Made by a program: the position numbers and the translations under genes
Notes under the pieces: model-generated
Told to the model about the DNA's origin: nothing
Database searches by the model: none
Seen by the model: the letters and a program-made list of their open reading frames with translations, nothing else
Assembly: GCF_040079455.1 (NCBI RefSeq)
Contig: NZ_JBEBKJ010000002.1
Span: 47,544 to 71,543, forward strand
Direction of reading: 5' to 3'
Source of the DNA: Methyloglobulus sp.
GTDB taxonomy: Bacteria; Pseudomonadota; Gammaproteobacteria; Methylococcales; Methylomonadaceae
Length of the DNA: 24,000 nucleotides
Shown: piece after piece, positions 1 through 9,901 of the stretch
Position numbering within the stretch: the first letter of the stretch is position 1
Layout of the letters: each line of letters starts with the position of its first letter

Positions 1-332
1 GCGAGGTAGGTATTTCGCCTCGTCACGCGCCGTTCATTACCCGCTTAAAGCCGGGCGAAGTGCGCGTTAAAGTCAGTGAAACAGAAAGCTACCCTTTCTA
101 CGTTTCCGGTGGAATGCTGGAAGTGCAGCCGCATTTGGTTACCGTGTTGGCGGATACTGCAATTAGGGCGAAAGACATAGATGAAGCCGCCGCCATCGAA
201 GCGAAAATAAGAGCTGAGGAAGCCTTGGCAGATAAGTCCGGTAAAATAGATTACGTAACCGCCCAAGCAAAGTTGGCGGAAGCGATTATGCAGCTAAGAA
301 CCTTGGATCGGCTCAGAAAGCGCGGTAGTTGA
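1..332 (+). CDS. atpC: ATP synthase F1 epsilon subunit, 3' portion (5' end lies upstream of the window)
   Basis: The frame of ORF 60..332 stays open back to position 3 (EVGISPRHAPFITRLKPGEVRVKV...), so the listed start is internal. It has an epsilon-type beta-sandwich followed by a helical C-terminus (AAIEAKIRAEEALA). A terminator and glmU-glmS follow, a common proteobacterial arrangement. Confidence 0.8.
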   Translation, partial: EVGISPRHAPFITRLKPGEVRVKVSETESYPFYVSGGMLEVQPHLVTVLADTAIRAKDIDEAAAIEAKIRAEEALADKSGKIDYVTAQAKLAEAIMQLRTLDRLRKRGS

Positions 333-370
333 TTGCGCTATCTGAAATGGCGTTCCAGAAATTTCTGTAC

Positions 371-410
371 AAGCCCGATAGCGGAGTAGATTCGTTGTCG
401 GGCTTTTTTG
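371..410 (+). terminator. Rho-independent terminator after atpC
   Basis: The stem AAGCCCGA (371-378) pairs with TCGGGCTT (398-405). A T-run follows directly (ggcttttttg). Confidence 0.75.
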
Positions 411-423
411 TTTAGGAGGTTAA

Positions 424-1794
424 ATGAATATTATGACGATTATTTTGGCAGCCGGTAAAGGCACACGGATGCGCTCAGAAATTCCCAAAATCATGCACAA
501 AATTGCCGATAGACCGTTATTGCAGCATGTTTACGACATGAGCAAACAGTTAGCTAATAACAAGATAACGATAGTTTATGGGCATGGCGCAGACTTAGTT
601 AGAGACAGTTTAAAACACTTGGAATCCCGTTGGATTGAGCAAAAGCAACAGCTAGGGACAGGTCACGCAGTGCAACAGGCCGCTGACCAGATCGGCGATG
701 CTGATACCGTGTTGATACTGTATGGAGACGTGCCTTTACTGAAATTGACGACAGTGCAAACCTTATTGGCAAATGTAAATGAAAAGTCCTTAGGCTTGCT
801 TACGGTTAACCTTACCAATCCTAAAGGTTACGGCAGGATAGTAAGGGATTCCTCTGGACAGGTACAAAAAATTGTCGAAGAAAAAGATGCTTCCAATGAC
901 GAAAAATTAATCAAGGAAGTCAATACTGGCATCATGGCGGTGAAAGGCGGTAAATTAAAATCATGGTTGATCAGGCTTACTAATAACAATGCTCAAGGCG
1001 AGTACTATTTGACGGACATTATCGAAATGGCCGTAGGCGAAAAAATAAAAGTAATAACTAATCAGCCGAGTACCGAAGATGAGGTAATGGGTGTTAATAA
1101 CCGAATGCAGCTCAGCCATTTAGAACGAATTTTCCAAAAAGAGCAAGCCGATAGTTTAATGGAACAAGGGGTTACCTTGCGTGATCCATTACGATTTGAT
1201 TTAAGGGGTTGCGTCGAATCGTTAGGGCAAGATATCGACATTGATATCAATGTCATCTTAGAAGGAAACAATAGAATAGGGAGCAACGTCACCATAGGTG
1301 CGAACACCCGGATTATAAATTCCATTATAGGCGACCATGTAGAAATTCTTGATAATTGCATCATAGAAAATGCGGTCATAGGCGCGGGTAGCAGAATTGG
1401 GCCATTCGCCAGATTGCGACCAGACACGGTTTTGGCAAATAACGTCCATATTGGCAACTTTGTCGAAATAAAAAAGTCAGACGTTGCTGAGAAAAGCAAA
1501 ATCAATCACTTAAGTTATATTGGCGATACCACTGTGGGCAGCAACGTCAATATTGGTGCAGGGACGATTACCTGCAACTATGATGGAGTCAATAAATTCA
1601 GGACAATTATTGAAGACGGCGCATTTATCGGTTCAGATACGCAATTGGTTGCTCCAGTTACGGTAGGTAAAAATGCCACCATAGGTGCTGGTTCAACCAT
1701 CACAAAAGATAGTCCAGAAAATCAATTAACATTGAGCCGGGTAAAACAGGTTTCAATTTCAGGCTGGCAACGTCCAGAAAAGAAACAAAGCTAA
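424..1794 (+). CDS. glmU: Bifunctional UDP-N-acetylglucosamine pyrophosphorylase / glucosamine-1-phosphate N-acetyltransferase
   Basis: 456 aa. The N-terminal nucleotidyltransferase motif LAAGKGTRM is present. The C-terminal half is made of hexapeptide (left-handed beta-helix) repeats (IGxxVxIG...). An AGGAGG RBS precedes the ATG and glmS follows directly. Confidence 0.93.
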   Translation: MNIMTIILAAGKGTRMRSEIPKIMHKIADRPLLQHVYDMSKQLANNKITIVYGHGADLVRDSLKHLESRWIEQKQQLGTGHAVQQAADQIGDADTVLILYGDVPLLKLTTVQTLLANVNEKSLGLLTVNLTNPKGYGRIVRDSSGQVQKIVEEKDASNDEKLIKEVNTGIMAVKGGKLKSWLIRLTNNNAQGEYYLTDIIEMAVGEKIKVITNQPSTEDEVMGVNNRMQLSHLERIFQKEQADSLMEQGVTLRDPLRFDLRGCVESLGQDIDIDINVILEGNNRIGSNVTIGANTRIINSIIGDHVEILDNCIIENAVIGAGSRIGPFARLRPDTVLANNVHIGNFVEIKKSDVAEKSKINHLSYIGDTTVGSNVNIGAGTITCNYDGVNKFRTIIEDGAFIGSDTQLVAPVTVGKNATIGAGSTITKDSPENQLTLSRVKQVSISGWQRPEKKQS

Positions 1795-1807
1795 CAGGAA
1801 AAATAAT

Positions 1808-3637
1808 ATGTGTGGAATTGTCGGCGGCATAGCGCAAAGAAACGTTGTTCCTATCTTGTTGGAGGGCCTTAAGCGGCTCGAATACCGAGGTTATGATTCA
1901 GCAGGTTTGGCTGTTATCCATAACAACGAGATTTACCGGAAACGGGAATTAGGTAAGGTCAAGGGTTTAGAGGCTTTGTTGCAAGCCGATCCCATATCAG
2001 GGCATATCGGTATCGCGCATACCCGTTGGGCGACGCACGGAAAACCCAGCACCGCGAATGCACATCCCCATATTTGCCGGAATAAAGTGACCGTTGTACA
2101 CAATGGCATCATTGAAAATCACGAAGAACTAAGAAGCCAACAAACTGAAGATGGCCATTTATTCACCTCGCAAACGGATACCGAAGTTATTGTTCACCAA
2201 ATATTTGACGCAATTGAGACATCAGGTAATTTTGTCGAGGCCGTCAAACAGTCCTTAACAAAATTAGAAGGTGCCTATGCCTTAGGCATCATGTGTACAG
2301 ATCATCCTGATACCTTGATAGCTTGTAGAAAAGGTAGCCCTTTAGTAATTGGCGTGGGTATCGGCGAACACTTCATTGCCTCGGATGTGGCGGCATTGTT
2401 GCCTGTTACCCAACGGTTTATGTTCCTGGAGGATGGCGATGTTGCTGTCATAAGTATTAATGAAGTAGTTATCTACGATAAAGATGACAACATCGTGAGT
2501 CGGCCTGTCAAAGAAAGCCAACTTACGGCGGAAGCGGCGGAAAAAGGCGAATACCGTCATTACATGCTGAAAGAAATTTATGAACAGCCATTTGCTATTT
2601 CGCAAACATTAGAAGGCCGTTTCATCAATAACCGTTTGCAGGAAAACTCATTTGGCCATAATGCCGCAGCCATTTTTGACAGCACCAAAGCGATTTTAAT
2701 ACTGGCTTGTGGCACTAGTTACCATGCTGGCTTAGTTGCCCGATACTGGCTTGAAGAGCTGGCAAGAGTTCCTTGTAATATAGAAGTCGCCAGCGAATTC
2801 CGTTACAGAAATCCAGTATTAGCTCCAGATACCTTAATTGTCACTATTTCCCAGTCCGGTGAGACAGCAGACACATTGGCGGCATTGCTGGAAGCCAAAA
2901 AATTGGGCGCCAAACATTCACTAGCCATCTGCAATGTACCAGAAAGCTCACTCGTACGGGAATCTGATCTGGTCATGATGACCCGTGCCGGCCCTGAGAT
3001 TGGTGTCGCATCAACTAAAGCCTTCACAACCCAGCTAGTCACCCTGATGTTACTGGTGATTGCAGTGGGGAGACGGTTTCAACTGGGTGAAGCCATGGAA
3101 AAAAAATTGACCTCGGAACTGTTCACCTTGCCAGGGAAAATTGAAAAAGTCTTGCGACTTGACGACCAAATTAAAGCCTTATCGGAGCAATTCGCAGAAA
3201 AACAAAATGCCTTATTTCTCGGCAGAGGAACGCATTATCCGATAGCGATGGAAGGCGCCTTAAAGCTCAAGGAAATTTCCTACATTCATGCGGAAGCTTA
3301 TCCCGCTGGTGAATTGAAACATGGCCCGTTGGCACTGATTGACGCGGACATGCCCGTTATCACCGTGGCACCGAACAACAGCCTATTGGAAAAATTAAAA
3401 TCCAATATACAAGAAGTTAGCGCACGCGGCGGTCAATTGATTGTGTTCATGGATGAGACTTTGTCTGCGGTTGCCGACAGCAATATCCAGATATTAAAGA
3501 TTCCGCAAGTGGACAATGAAATATCGCCAATTGTGTACACCGTTCCGTTACAACTTCTGTCCTACCATGTTGCCGTTTTAAAGGGTACCGATGTCGATCA
3601 GCCCAGAAATCTAGCGAAATCGGTGACGGTTGAATAG
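1808..3637 (+). CDS. glmS: Glutamine--fructose-6-phosphate aminotransferase
   Basis: 609 aa. It has the N-terminal MCGIVG catalytic-Cys amidotransferase start and two SIS domains (GTSYHAG, SQSGETADT). The C-terminus DQPRNLAKSVTVE is typical of GlmS. Confidence 0.95.
   Translation: MCGIVGGIAQRNVVPILLEGLKRLEYRGYDSAGLAVIHNNEIYRKRELGKVKGLEALLQADPISGHIGIAHTRWATHGKPSTANAHPHICRNKVTVVHNGIIENHEELRSQQTEDGHLFTSQTDTEVIVHQIFDAIETSGNFVEAVKQSLTKLEGAYALGIMCTDHPDTLIACRKGSPLVIGVGIGEHFIASDVAALLPVTQRFMFLEDGDVAVISINEVVIYDKDDNIVSRPVKESQLTAEAAEKGEYRHYMLKEIYEQPFAISQTLEGRFINNRLQENSFGHNAAAIFDSTKAILILACGTSYHAGLVARYWLEELARVPCNIEVASEFRYRNPVLAPDTLIVTISQSGETADTLAALLEAKKLGAKHSLAICNVPESSLVRESDLVMMTRAGPEIGVASTKAFTTQLVTLMLLVIAVGRRFQLGEAMEKKLTSELFTLPGKIEKVLRLDDQIKALSEQFAEKQNALFLGRGTHYPIAMEGALKLKEISYIHAEAYPAGELKHGPLALIDADMPVITVAPNNSLLEKLKSNIQEVSARGGQLIVFMDETLSAVADSNIQILKIPQVDNEISPIVYTVPLQLLSYHVAVLKGTDVDQPRNLAKSVTVE
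3590..3637 (+). promoter_or_regulatory. attTn7-type TnsD recognition region (conserved glmS 3' coding end)
   Basis: The sequence gatgtcgatcagcccagaaatctagcgaaatcggtgacggttgaatag closely parallels the E. coli glmS 3' end bound by TnsD (recalled as GACGTTGACCAGCCGCGTAACCTGGCAAAATCGGTTACGGTTGAGTAA). The transposon end begins about 25 bp past the stop codon, as with Tn7. Confidence 0.6.
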
Positions 3638-3662
3638 GCGGTGGCTAAACCGTCGTTTGTTG

Positions 3663-3731
3663 TGTAAATTGACATTAAAGTATCATACTTACAATAAAGA
3701 GTCATACTAAACAAAAAAGTATCATCCTTAA
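3663..3731 (+). repeat. Tn7-like right end: terminal TGT plus three abutting ~22-bp putative TnsB-binding repeats
   Basis: Three direct repeats occur at about 20-bp periodicity: TGACATTAAAGTATCATACTTA (3670-3691), TACAATAAAGAGTCATACTAAA (3690-3711) and AACAAAAAAGTATCATCCTTAA (3710-3731). They resemble the Tn7 ACAATAAAG-type sites. An 8-bp terminal TGTAAATT precedes the first site, as TGTGGGCG does in Tn7. The exact terminus is ambiguous among the TGTs at 3658, 3661 and 3663. Confidence 0.75.
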
Positions 3732-3780
3732 GGTGTACTAAGTTAAACTAAGTCTATCGGAATAGCTTAGGACACCTACC

Positions 3781-4638
3781 ATGGCTTCGTTTCTTAACCC
3801 ATTTCCTAAGACAGTCGCCGACTTACTAGACGCATCAATCATTAAGCGATTCAAAGAAGGTCGCGGTCAAGGATACGGCAAACACTATAAGCCTTTTTTG
3901 ACAGTTCGTGATGTGCCTAGCAAAGGGCGTGTTCACCGAAGACCTTCAATTACCCACGGTCGGGTAGTTCATCTACTCTCAGATTTAGAGTTAGCGGCGT
4001 TTGTGCTTTTCGACTGGCATGAATCTGTCGTTGATATTCGCGAGCAATTCCCACTAAATCCTGAAAAAACTATCAATATCGCGAATCGAACAGGTATAAA
4101 ACACCCTGCAGCCAAAGGTGTTAATCAAGTAATGACTACTGACCTGCTGATTGATTTGAAAATGGATGGGAAACTTTCAACTCAAGCCATTTCAGTTAAA
4201 TATCGAGATGACCTTGAAGACCCTCGAGTTATAGAAAAACAAGAAATTGAAAAGCGGTTTTGGGAGGGAGAACAGATTCAGTGGTTCATATTTACCGAAA
4301 ACGAGGTACCGCATACTTTAATTCAAAACATAAAATGGTTAATTCCACATATTCATAGCTTCGATTTACAAAAATCTGATCAAATGCTGATTTTTGAGCA
4401 AGTACAGTATGCAATCGAGACATATCCTGGAGATAAAATTGCAAATGTAATGAAATTGCTCGATGAGAATCAAAATAAGCCTATTGGATCACACCTTTCA
4501 TACCTGAGACATTTACTCGCACAACGAGCATTTTACTGGGATATGAACAGCATTAATCATAAATCGCTCAAGACGAGCAACCTTATGGTATCCGAACACT
4601 GGCTTTCAGGGGAACATGAATATGTTTATGCCAAATGA
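3781..4638 (+). CDS. tnsA: Tn7 transposition protein TnsA (endonuclease subunit)
   Basis: 285 aa and the first gene inside the right end. It shows an E...D...K pattern like a restriction endonuclease (SDLELAAF, TTDLLIDL, ISVKY), spaced much like Tn7 TnsA E63/D114/K132 (from memory). Its 3' end overlaps the tnsB start. Confidence 0.85.
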   Translation: MASFLNPFPKTVADLLDASIIKRFKEGRGQGYGKHYKPFLTVRDVPSKGRVHRRPSITHGRVVHLLSDLELAAFVLFDWHESVVDIREQFPLNPEKTINIANRTGIKHPAAKGVNQVMTTDLLIDLKMDGKLSTQAISVKYRDDLEDPRVIEKQEIEKRFWEGEQIQWFIFTENEVPHTLIQNIKWLIPHIHSFDLQKSDQMLIFEQVQYAIETYPGDKIANVMKLLDENQNKPIGSHLSYLRHLLAQRAFYWDMNSINHKSLKTSNLMVSEHWLSGEHEYVYAK

Positions 4639-6727
4639 TGTTTATTCGCTTGAAAGTCAGCGGATTAGAGTGCTTTGGTCAAATATGCAAATCGTATTTT
4701 GGATCGATATTGACGATGACAAAGCACTGCCTAAATTAGCTCCAAAAAGTGAGTTAGAACACTTGATGGCAAAAGGTTCTCTGAAAGCGATTGATGATCC
4801 GCATATATCTCTGGCCCTTAATTCGCCTCCACCAGGATCATTGGCCGAGCAAGTCCAAGCTAAAGCTTGGAATGCGATCAAAGAGATTGTGATCCGAGAG
4901 CCAGAAATATACTACCGTAAAACAAGAGGCCCTTTGTTTAATAAGGTACTCGAAGCTAGTGGGGCTACAAAGCAAACTCTTTATCGTTGGTTGCGCCGGT
5001 ACTGGCAATTTGGGCTTTGTAGGAATGCGTTGCGCGGTCGTTTTGAAAACTGTGGGGGTGCTGGGAAAACCAAAGGTGCGGGTGATAAAAAAAGAGGCGC
5101 ACCAAGAACTCGTTCGCCTGGCACAGGCATTAATGTCGATGAACAAATTCGATTGATATTTAGGGTGGCGATTGAAAAATGTTTGCTGCATGAGGGTAAG
5201 TACGAATTTGATTATGCTTACAATCAGGTGCTAATAGCCTATGGTGTGCCAAAACCCTGCAAGCCGGAAGATATTCTTGAAGTGCCCACCGAGCGCCAGT
5301 TCCGATATTTTTATGAGAAGGAATATTCGCCTATTGAAGTCACTCGAAAACGAGAGGGGGAAATAAACTACCTGAAAGATTTTCGCCCAGTTTTGGGCAC
5401 TTCTACCGCCGAAGTAGCAGGGCCAGGAAGTCGATACCAGATTGATGCTACGATTGCTGATGTCTATTTAGTTTCTGAAAGAGATCGCGAAGAAATTGTC
5501 GGTCGGCCAACGGTTTACTTTGTCGTTGATGTTTTTAGCCGTGCAATTGTTGGATTATATGTCGGCCTTGAAAACCCATCTTGGGTCAGTGCGATGGAAG
5601 CATTGATTAATGCTGCCTGCGATAAGGTGGCGTATTGTAAAAGTTTTGGGATAGACATTACAGACGACTTGTGGCCTACAGTAGGTTTGTCAGAGGCGTT
5701 AATAGGTGATCGTGGTGAAATGTTAGGCCGCCATGTTGAAGTCATGAGCAAGGCGTTCAACATCAACATTGAAAATACACCGCCCTATAGAGCCGATTGG
5801 AAAGGAATAGTTGAGCGGTTCTTTCGGACTTCGCAAACGAAGATGAAACCATTTGTAGAAGGCTATGTAACGAAGAACCCTATAGGTAAAAAGCGGCATG
5901 GAAAAGACTATCGTCAGGATGGTATTCATACCCTGAAAGAGTTTATCCAAATGATCATTCGCATAGTCCTCTTTTATAACAATGAGCACATTGTTTCGAC
6001 TTATGACCCTGACCAGGATGTGCCGCCAACTTTACCGCACCATCCCTTAACCCTTTGGAATTGGGGAATTGAATATCGAACTGGGCGATTACGACGACCA
6101 GCGGAAGACTTAGTTCGCGTTAATCTTTTTCCGCATTCAAAAGCCACTATCACTGAGCACGGTCTACGGCTCTTTGGTTGTTATTTCAGCTGTAAAGCAG
6201 CAATTGAATTTGGGTGGTTCGAAGGAAATTACAAAGGATCGAAAATCGTCATTGTTGCTTACGATTTTTACTCTATTAACAAAATTTACATCCGGTCTAA
6301 CGATTCATTCTCCGAGTACATCGAAGCCGAATTGACCGAACGTAGTCGGGAATATCGAGATTTAACAATTTGGGAGGTTTGGAATCGAAATGATGTTAAA
6401 GCGGAGACAGCTGCTGTATCCAAACTTACGAAACGAGCCGGATCAGTAAATTTGGTCACTGAACTCGAAGCAATAGCTAAGCAATCAAGGGACAATCAGC
6501 CAGCTGTGAAGAAGAAAACCAAGCTAGAGAGGGTAAGAGGGATAAAGGACAATAAAAAAGCTGAACGCCAATATGAGCGTACTAAAAAAGCAATTAACGG
6601 TGAAGCGGCAAAAACTGCCTTACATGATAACGTGATTCCCATTCGGGAGGAAGAATCTCGTCGAGTGAGTTTTAAACTACCAACAAGGTTGAAAGACTTG
6701 CTAAAGGAGGACTCTCAGGATGAATAA
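4616..6727 (+). CDS. tnsB: Tn7 transposition protein TnsB (DDE transposase)
   Basis: 703 aa. DDE/RNase-H-fold signatures are present: YQIDATIADV, IGDRGEM and YRADWKGIVERFF. There is an N-terminal HTH-like segment (TLYRWLRRYW). The start may be any of the ATGs at 4616, 4622 or 4631. Confidence 0.9.
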   Translation: MNMFMPNDVYSLESQRIRVLWSNMQIVFWIDIDDDKALPKLAPKSELEHLMAKGSLKAIDDPHISLALNSPPPGSLAEQVQAKAWNAIKEIVIREPEIYYRKTRGPLFNKVLEASGATKQTLYRWLRRYWQFGLCRNALRGRFENCGGAGKTKGAGDKKRGAPRTRSPGTGINVDEQIRLIFRVAIEKCLLHEGKYEFDYAYNQVLIAYGVPKPCKPEDILEVPTERQFRYFYEKEYSPIEVTRKREGEINYLKDFRPVLGTSTAEVAGPGSRYQIDATIADVYLVSERDREEIVGRPTVYFVVDVFSRAIVGLYVGLENPSWVSAMEALINAACDKVAYCKSFGIDITDDLWPTVGLSEALIGDRGEMLGRHVEVMSKAFNINIENTPPYRADWKGIVERFFRTSQTKMKPFVEGYVTKNPIGKKRHGKDYRQDGIHTLKEFIQMIIRIVLFYNNEHIVSTYDPDQDVPPTLPHHPLTLWNWGIEYRTGRLRRPAEDLVRVNLFPHSKATITEHGLRLFGCYFSCKAAIEFGWFEGNYKGSKIVIVAYDFYSINKIYIRSNDSFSEYIEAELTERSREYRDLTIWEVWNRNDVKAETAAVSKLTKRAGSVNLVTELEAIAKQSRDNQPAVKKKTKLERVRGIKDNKKAERQYERTKKAINGEAAKTALHDNVIPIREEESRRVSFKLPTRLKDLLKEDSQDE

Positions 6728-8366
6728 TGAAACTCAGACTAGATTTCCGGAAGCGAACTATATCGATCCTGGATTACCTGAATATGCTGAAAATCCATGT
6801 ATCGCAGCTTTACCACCAATTATGGATGAGTATAGTGTCGTGAAGCTACTGACTCAACGGCCCAGTATCAGCGAAGTAGAAAAATATTTACCGGGCCACA
6901 TTCGAGTACATGTAATTAGTCGGCTAACCAAGAATTTCTTTCAACCGCTCACAACGCATCTTCATCTGGAGCGAAAACTCTCATTACTGATTCGACAGGG
7001 TTATCTGGGTAGAAACCCAAAATATCCCGACTTTAAAAAACATCTCAATAACTGCTATCAAAAGATCATAAAGCAGGATTTGGAAGTATACGTTCATGAC
7101 GATGTAGATTCAACTGCGTCTTCAATGTCTGTTGTAGGTATTTCTGGTACGGGTAAATCGACGACTTTTAACATAATTTTAAAAACCTATCCGAAAGTAA
7201 TTTATCACCCTGATTATAATTTGATCCAAATACCCTGGATAAAAGTGGATTGTCCGCACGATGGGACGCTGACTGAGTTTTGCTATAGATTTTTTATGGC
7301 TTTAGATCGTCGGCTTAATACAAATTACCGACAAAAGATTGGTTCCGGACGTCCTAGCATTGGTAAGTTGATTGCCGAACTTGCCAACCTATGCCTTATT
7401 CATGCAGTAGGTTTGTTGGTGATTGATGAGTTTCAACATATGAACCTTGCTAAAAGTGGCGGCGAAAAAAAGATGATCAACTTTTTGGTTACCTTGGTAA
7501 ATACCATAGGGGTGTCAGTGATATTGGTCGGCACACCAAAGGCTTTGCCTATTTTTGCCGGTGAATTTCGTCAAGCAAGAAGGGCATCGGGCGAAGGCAG
7601 TATCGTTTGGAACCGAATGCCGTATGATGAAAGTTGGGATGATTTTATCGATGAAATGTGGTCATTTCAGTGGTTGAGAAATATGCAGCCACTAAATGAA
7701 GCGATTAGAAATAAGCTCTATGAACTATCACAGGGTATTGCCGATATAGTCGTAAAGTTGTTCTGTTTGGCGCAAGCACGCTCAATTTTGCTTGCTCAGT
7801 CCGCGGACGATGAATTCATTTCCGTTGAGCTTTTGGAAGACGTATTCGAGGAGGAGTTTTCAACCGTGGGTCCAATGTTGGAGGCTTTGAGAGAAAATAA
7901 TGAACGAAAGCTCCGAGAGTGCGCTGACCTAGTTTTGCCTGATATCGAAGGAAAACTGCTAAATACCTTCGACCACTTAAAAAAGCAAACGGTAACAAAA
8001 CCCATAATTGTCGAAACTGGGGATGCGGAAGAGTCTGGTTTTGCGACAAGTGCATTAAAAGCATTAACCGCAATGGGCATTAATCAAGATATTGCCTTGC
8101 CATTGATTGCCGAATCAATCCAAAACAATCCAAATTTAACGCTCATTCAAGTGGTGCATGCAGTTACCAGTTTAATGACAATCACAGAACAAGAGCAAAA
8201 ACCAAAAAATAATCGACCAAAAATGGCATTGGTAAAATCTTCTAATTGGGGGCAGCTAAATGGAGATGACCTGCGAAAAGTACAATTCGTTAAAACAGCA
8301 ACTATGTATGAATCATTAGTGGAGTCTGGCTTCATCTATCCCGTGGAAAATTTATTAGCAGGCTAG
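6720..8366 (+). CDS. tnsC: Tn7 transposition protein TnsC (AAA+ ATPase regulator)
   Basis: 548 aa with Walker A GISGTGKST and Walker B LLVIDEFQH. The start overlaps the tnsB stop (6720 versus 6727), suggesting translational coupling. Confidence 0.9.
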   Translation: MNNETQTRFPEANYIDPGLPEYAENPCIAALPPIMDEYSVVKLLTQRPSISEVEKYLPGHIRVHVISRLTKNFFQPLTTHLHLERKLSLLIRQGYLGRNPKYPDFKKHLNNCYQKIIKQDLEVYVHDDVDSTASSMSVVGISGTGKSTTFNIILKTYPKVIYHPDYNLIQIPWIKVDCPHDGTLTEFCYRFFMALDRRLNTNYRQKIGSGRPSIGKLIAELANLCLIHAVGLLVIDEFQHMNLAKSGGEKKMINFLVTLVNTIGVSVILVGTPKALPIFAGEFRQARRASGEGSIVWNRMPYDESWDDFIDEMWSFQWLRNMQPLNEAIRNKLYELSQGIADIVVKLFCLAQARSILLAQSADDEFISVELLEDVFEEEFSTVGPMLEALRENNERKLRECADLVLPDIEGKLLNTFDHLKKQTVTKPIIVETGDAEESGFATSALKALTAMGINQDIALPLIAESIQNNPNLTLIQVVHAVTSLMTITEQEQKPKNNRPKMALVKSSNWGQLNGDDLRKVQFVKTATMYESLVESGFIYPVENLLAG

Positions 8367-8368
8367 TT

Positions 8369-9901
8369 ATGCTTGCTTACTTTCCACAACCTTACCCAGA
8401 TGAGCTTCTTTATAGCGTAGTTGCCCGATATGCTGTGCACACAGGGCAAGATAACCAAAAAGCAGTAATTAGGGATATTTTTGGTTCAAACTCTGCCGCG
8501 GCAGTACCCGATATGCCGAGCCACATTGACCGCCTCATATCAGCAACTAAAGCTATATGGCGAACTAGCCCAGAACACATAATTAGTCAAAACACGCTTG
8601 CACCGTTTTACCTCCCGTTTCTGGCACCCGAGAAAGCAGATTCCGTGGTTAACTCAATGCGATCTGCGCAAGGTGGTGATATTCATACCAGGGCTGGCAT
8701 TGCAGCTTCAACTATCAAGCGCCCCATTTACTTTCGTTATTGCCCAAAGTGTGTTGAAGAACAAATAAAGGTTTACGGCGAGCCCTATTGGAAGAGACAA
8801 AACCAAGTAACAGGCTTGGGGTTTTGTTCAGCGCACATGACTAAATTGATCAACTCAGACGTTGAATTTCACCCGAAATCTAAGCATTTGTTTGTTCCTG
8901 CGGCATTGGTCAATTTAACACAGGTAGTCGAATGTTTAGTGGGTTCTTCAAAGGAGCTGCAATTGAACAAGCACGTTGAAATTTTGTTAAACAATCCAAT
9001 TAATATCCGGCTGACTCATTGGCAATGGACATTATTTTATCGCAATTTGGCAAAGCATCATGGGTTATTGAATGGCATAAGGGCTGATCATTCAGCAATT
9101 AACTTACTGATTAAGGATTGTTGGCATTCGTCTCCTGTTTTTGCGCTGATTCCATTTGAACAGCCGGAAAATTTATGGCTTGCGAATATCTTTAGAAAGC
9201 ATAGAAAATCGTTTTATCCCATTAGACACGCTATGGTTTGGGTGGCTTTAGCTCCTGATTTATCAACCACCGAAATATTATCCCAGGTGGCTAATTATCC
9301 AGTCCAACCAGAACGGAGAAAACAATTTACTTCATTACCTGCTTCAGATCAGGAGGTTTCAATAAAACGAGTTTTATGGCGTAATCTTACCATTAAGAAT
9401 CCTGACTGCGGTGTAAAGCGACTTCGTATCCTGGAAAGCGGAAGTGCTCTGTATACATGGTTGTATCGTCACGATTACAATTGGTTAATACAAAATAAGC
9501 CAAGAAAATCCGTTAACCCGCCAAAGAATAAAACTGATTACGAAAAACTAGATTCAGATGTTCTAAATGAACTTGTTACCATAAAGTCAGGTTTCCATAC
9601 ATTGAATGACCGTCCTAGACTGTCACGAACATTCTTGCTCCGTCAATTGGCAAGATATAGCAGTATTGAAAAATATTTGAAAAGGCTTCCGATAACGCGA
9701 GAGTGGCTCGAAAAAGAATCAGAGTCAATCGAAGATTTTCAGATTTATCGCCTGAGCAAAGTTGCATTGGAAATGCGAAAGTCAGGAATAGAATTGCAGG
9801 CGTGGAAACTCATACGGGCTGCTGGATTAAAACCGCAAAAAATACCTCCCCGAATTTATTCAATCATTGATAGTTTAGTGTCTGAAAAGAAGCTTAGATG
9901 A
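8369..9901 (+). CDS. tnsD: TnsD / TniQ-family target-site selector
   Basis: 510 aa; Tn7 TnsD is about 508 aa. It has a TniQ-type N-terminus (FPQPYPDELLYSVVARY) and a zinc-finger-like CPKC...CSAH motif. It sits after tnsC, and the element lies at a glmS attTn7 site. Confidence 0.85.
   Translation: MLAYFPQPYPDELLYSVVARYAVHTGQDNQKAVIRDIFGSNSAAAVPDMPSHIDRLISATKAIWRTSPEHIISQNTLAPFYLPFLAPEKADSVVNSMRSAQGGDIHTRAGIAASTIKRPIYFRYCPKCVEEQIKVYGEPYWKRQNQVTGLGFCSAHMTKLINSDVEFHPKSKHLFVPAALVNLTQVVECLVGSSKELQLNKHVEILLNNPINIRLTHWQWTLFYRNLAKHHGLLNGIRADHSAINLLIKDCWHSSPVFALIPFEQPENLWLANIFRKHRKSFYPIRHAMVWVALAPDLSTTEILSQVANYPVQPERRKQFTSLPASDQEVSIKRVLWRNLTIKNPDCGVKRLRILESGSALYTWLYRHDYNWLIQNKPRKSVNPPKNKTDYEKLDSDVLNELVTIKSGFHTLNDRPRLSRTFLLRQLARYSSIEKYLKRLPITREWLEKESESIEDFQIYRLSKVALEMRKSGIELQAWKLIRAAGLKPQKIPPRIYSIIDSLVSEKKLR

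Noticed and set aside
1062-8335. Numerous 60-150-aa antisense or alternate-frame ORFs lie inside glmU, glmS, tnsB and tnsC. Examples are 1062..1505(-), 2342..2605(-), 4838..5191(-) and 7796..8080(-).
   Set aside because: All are fully embedded in long, motif-supported genes and have low-complexity or odd composition. They are shadow ORFs.
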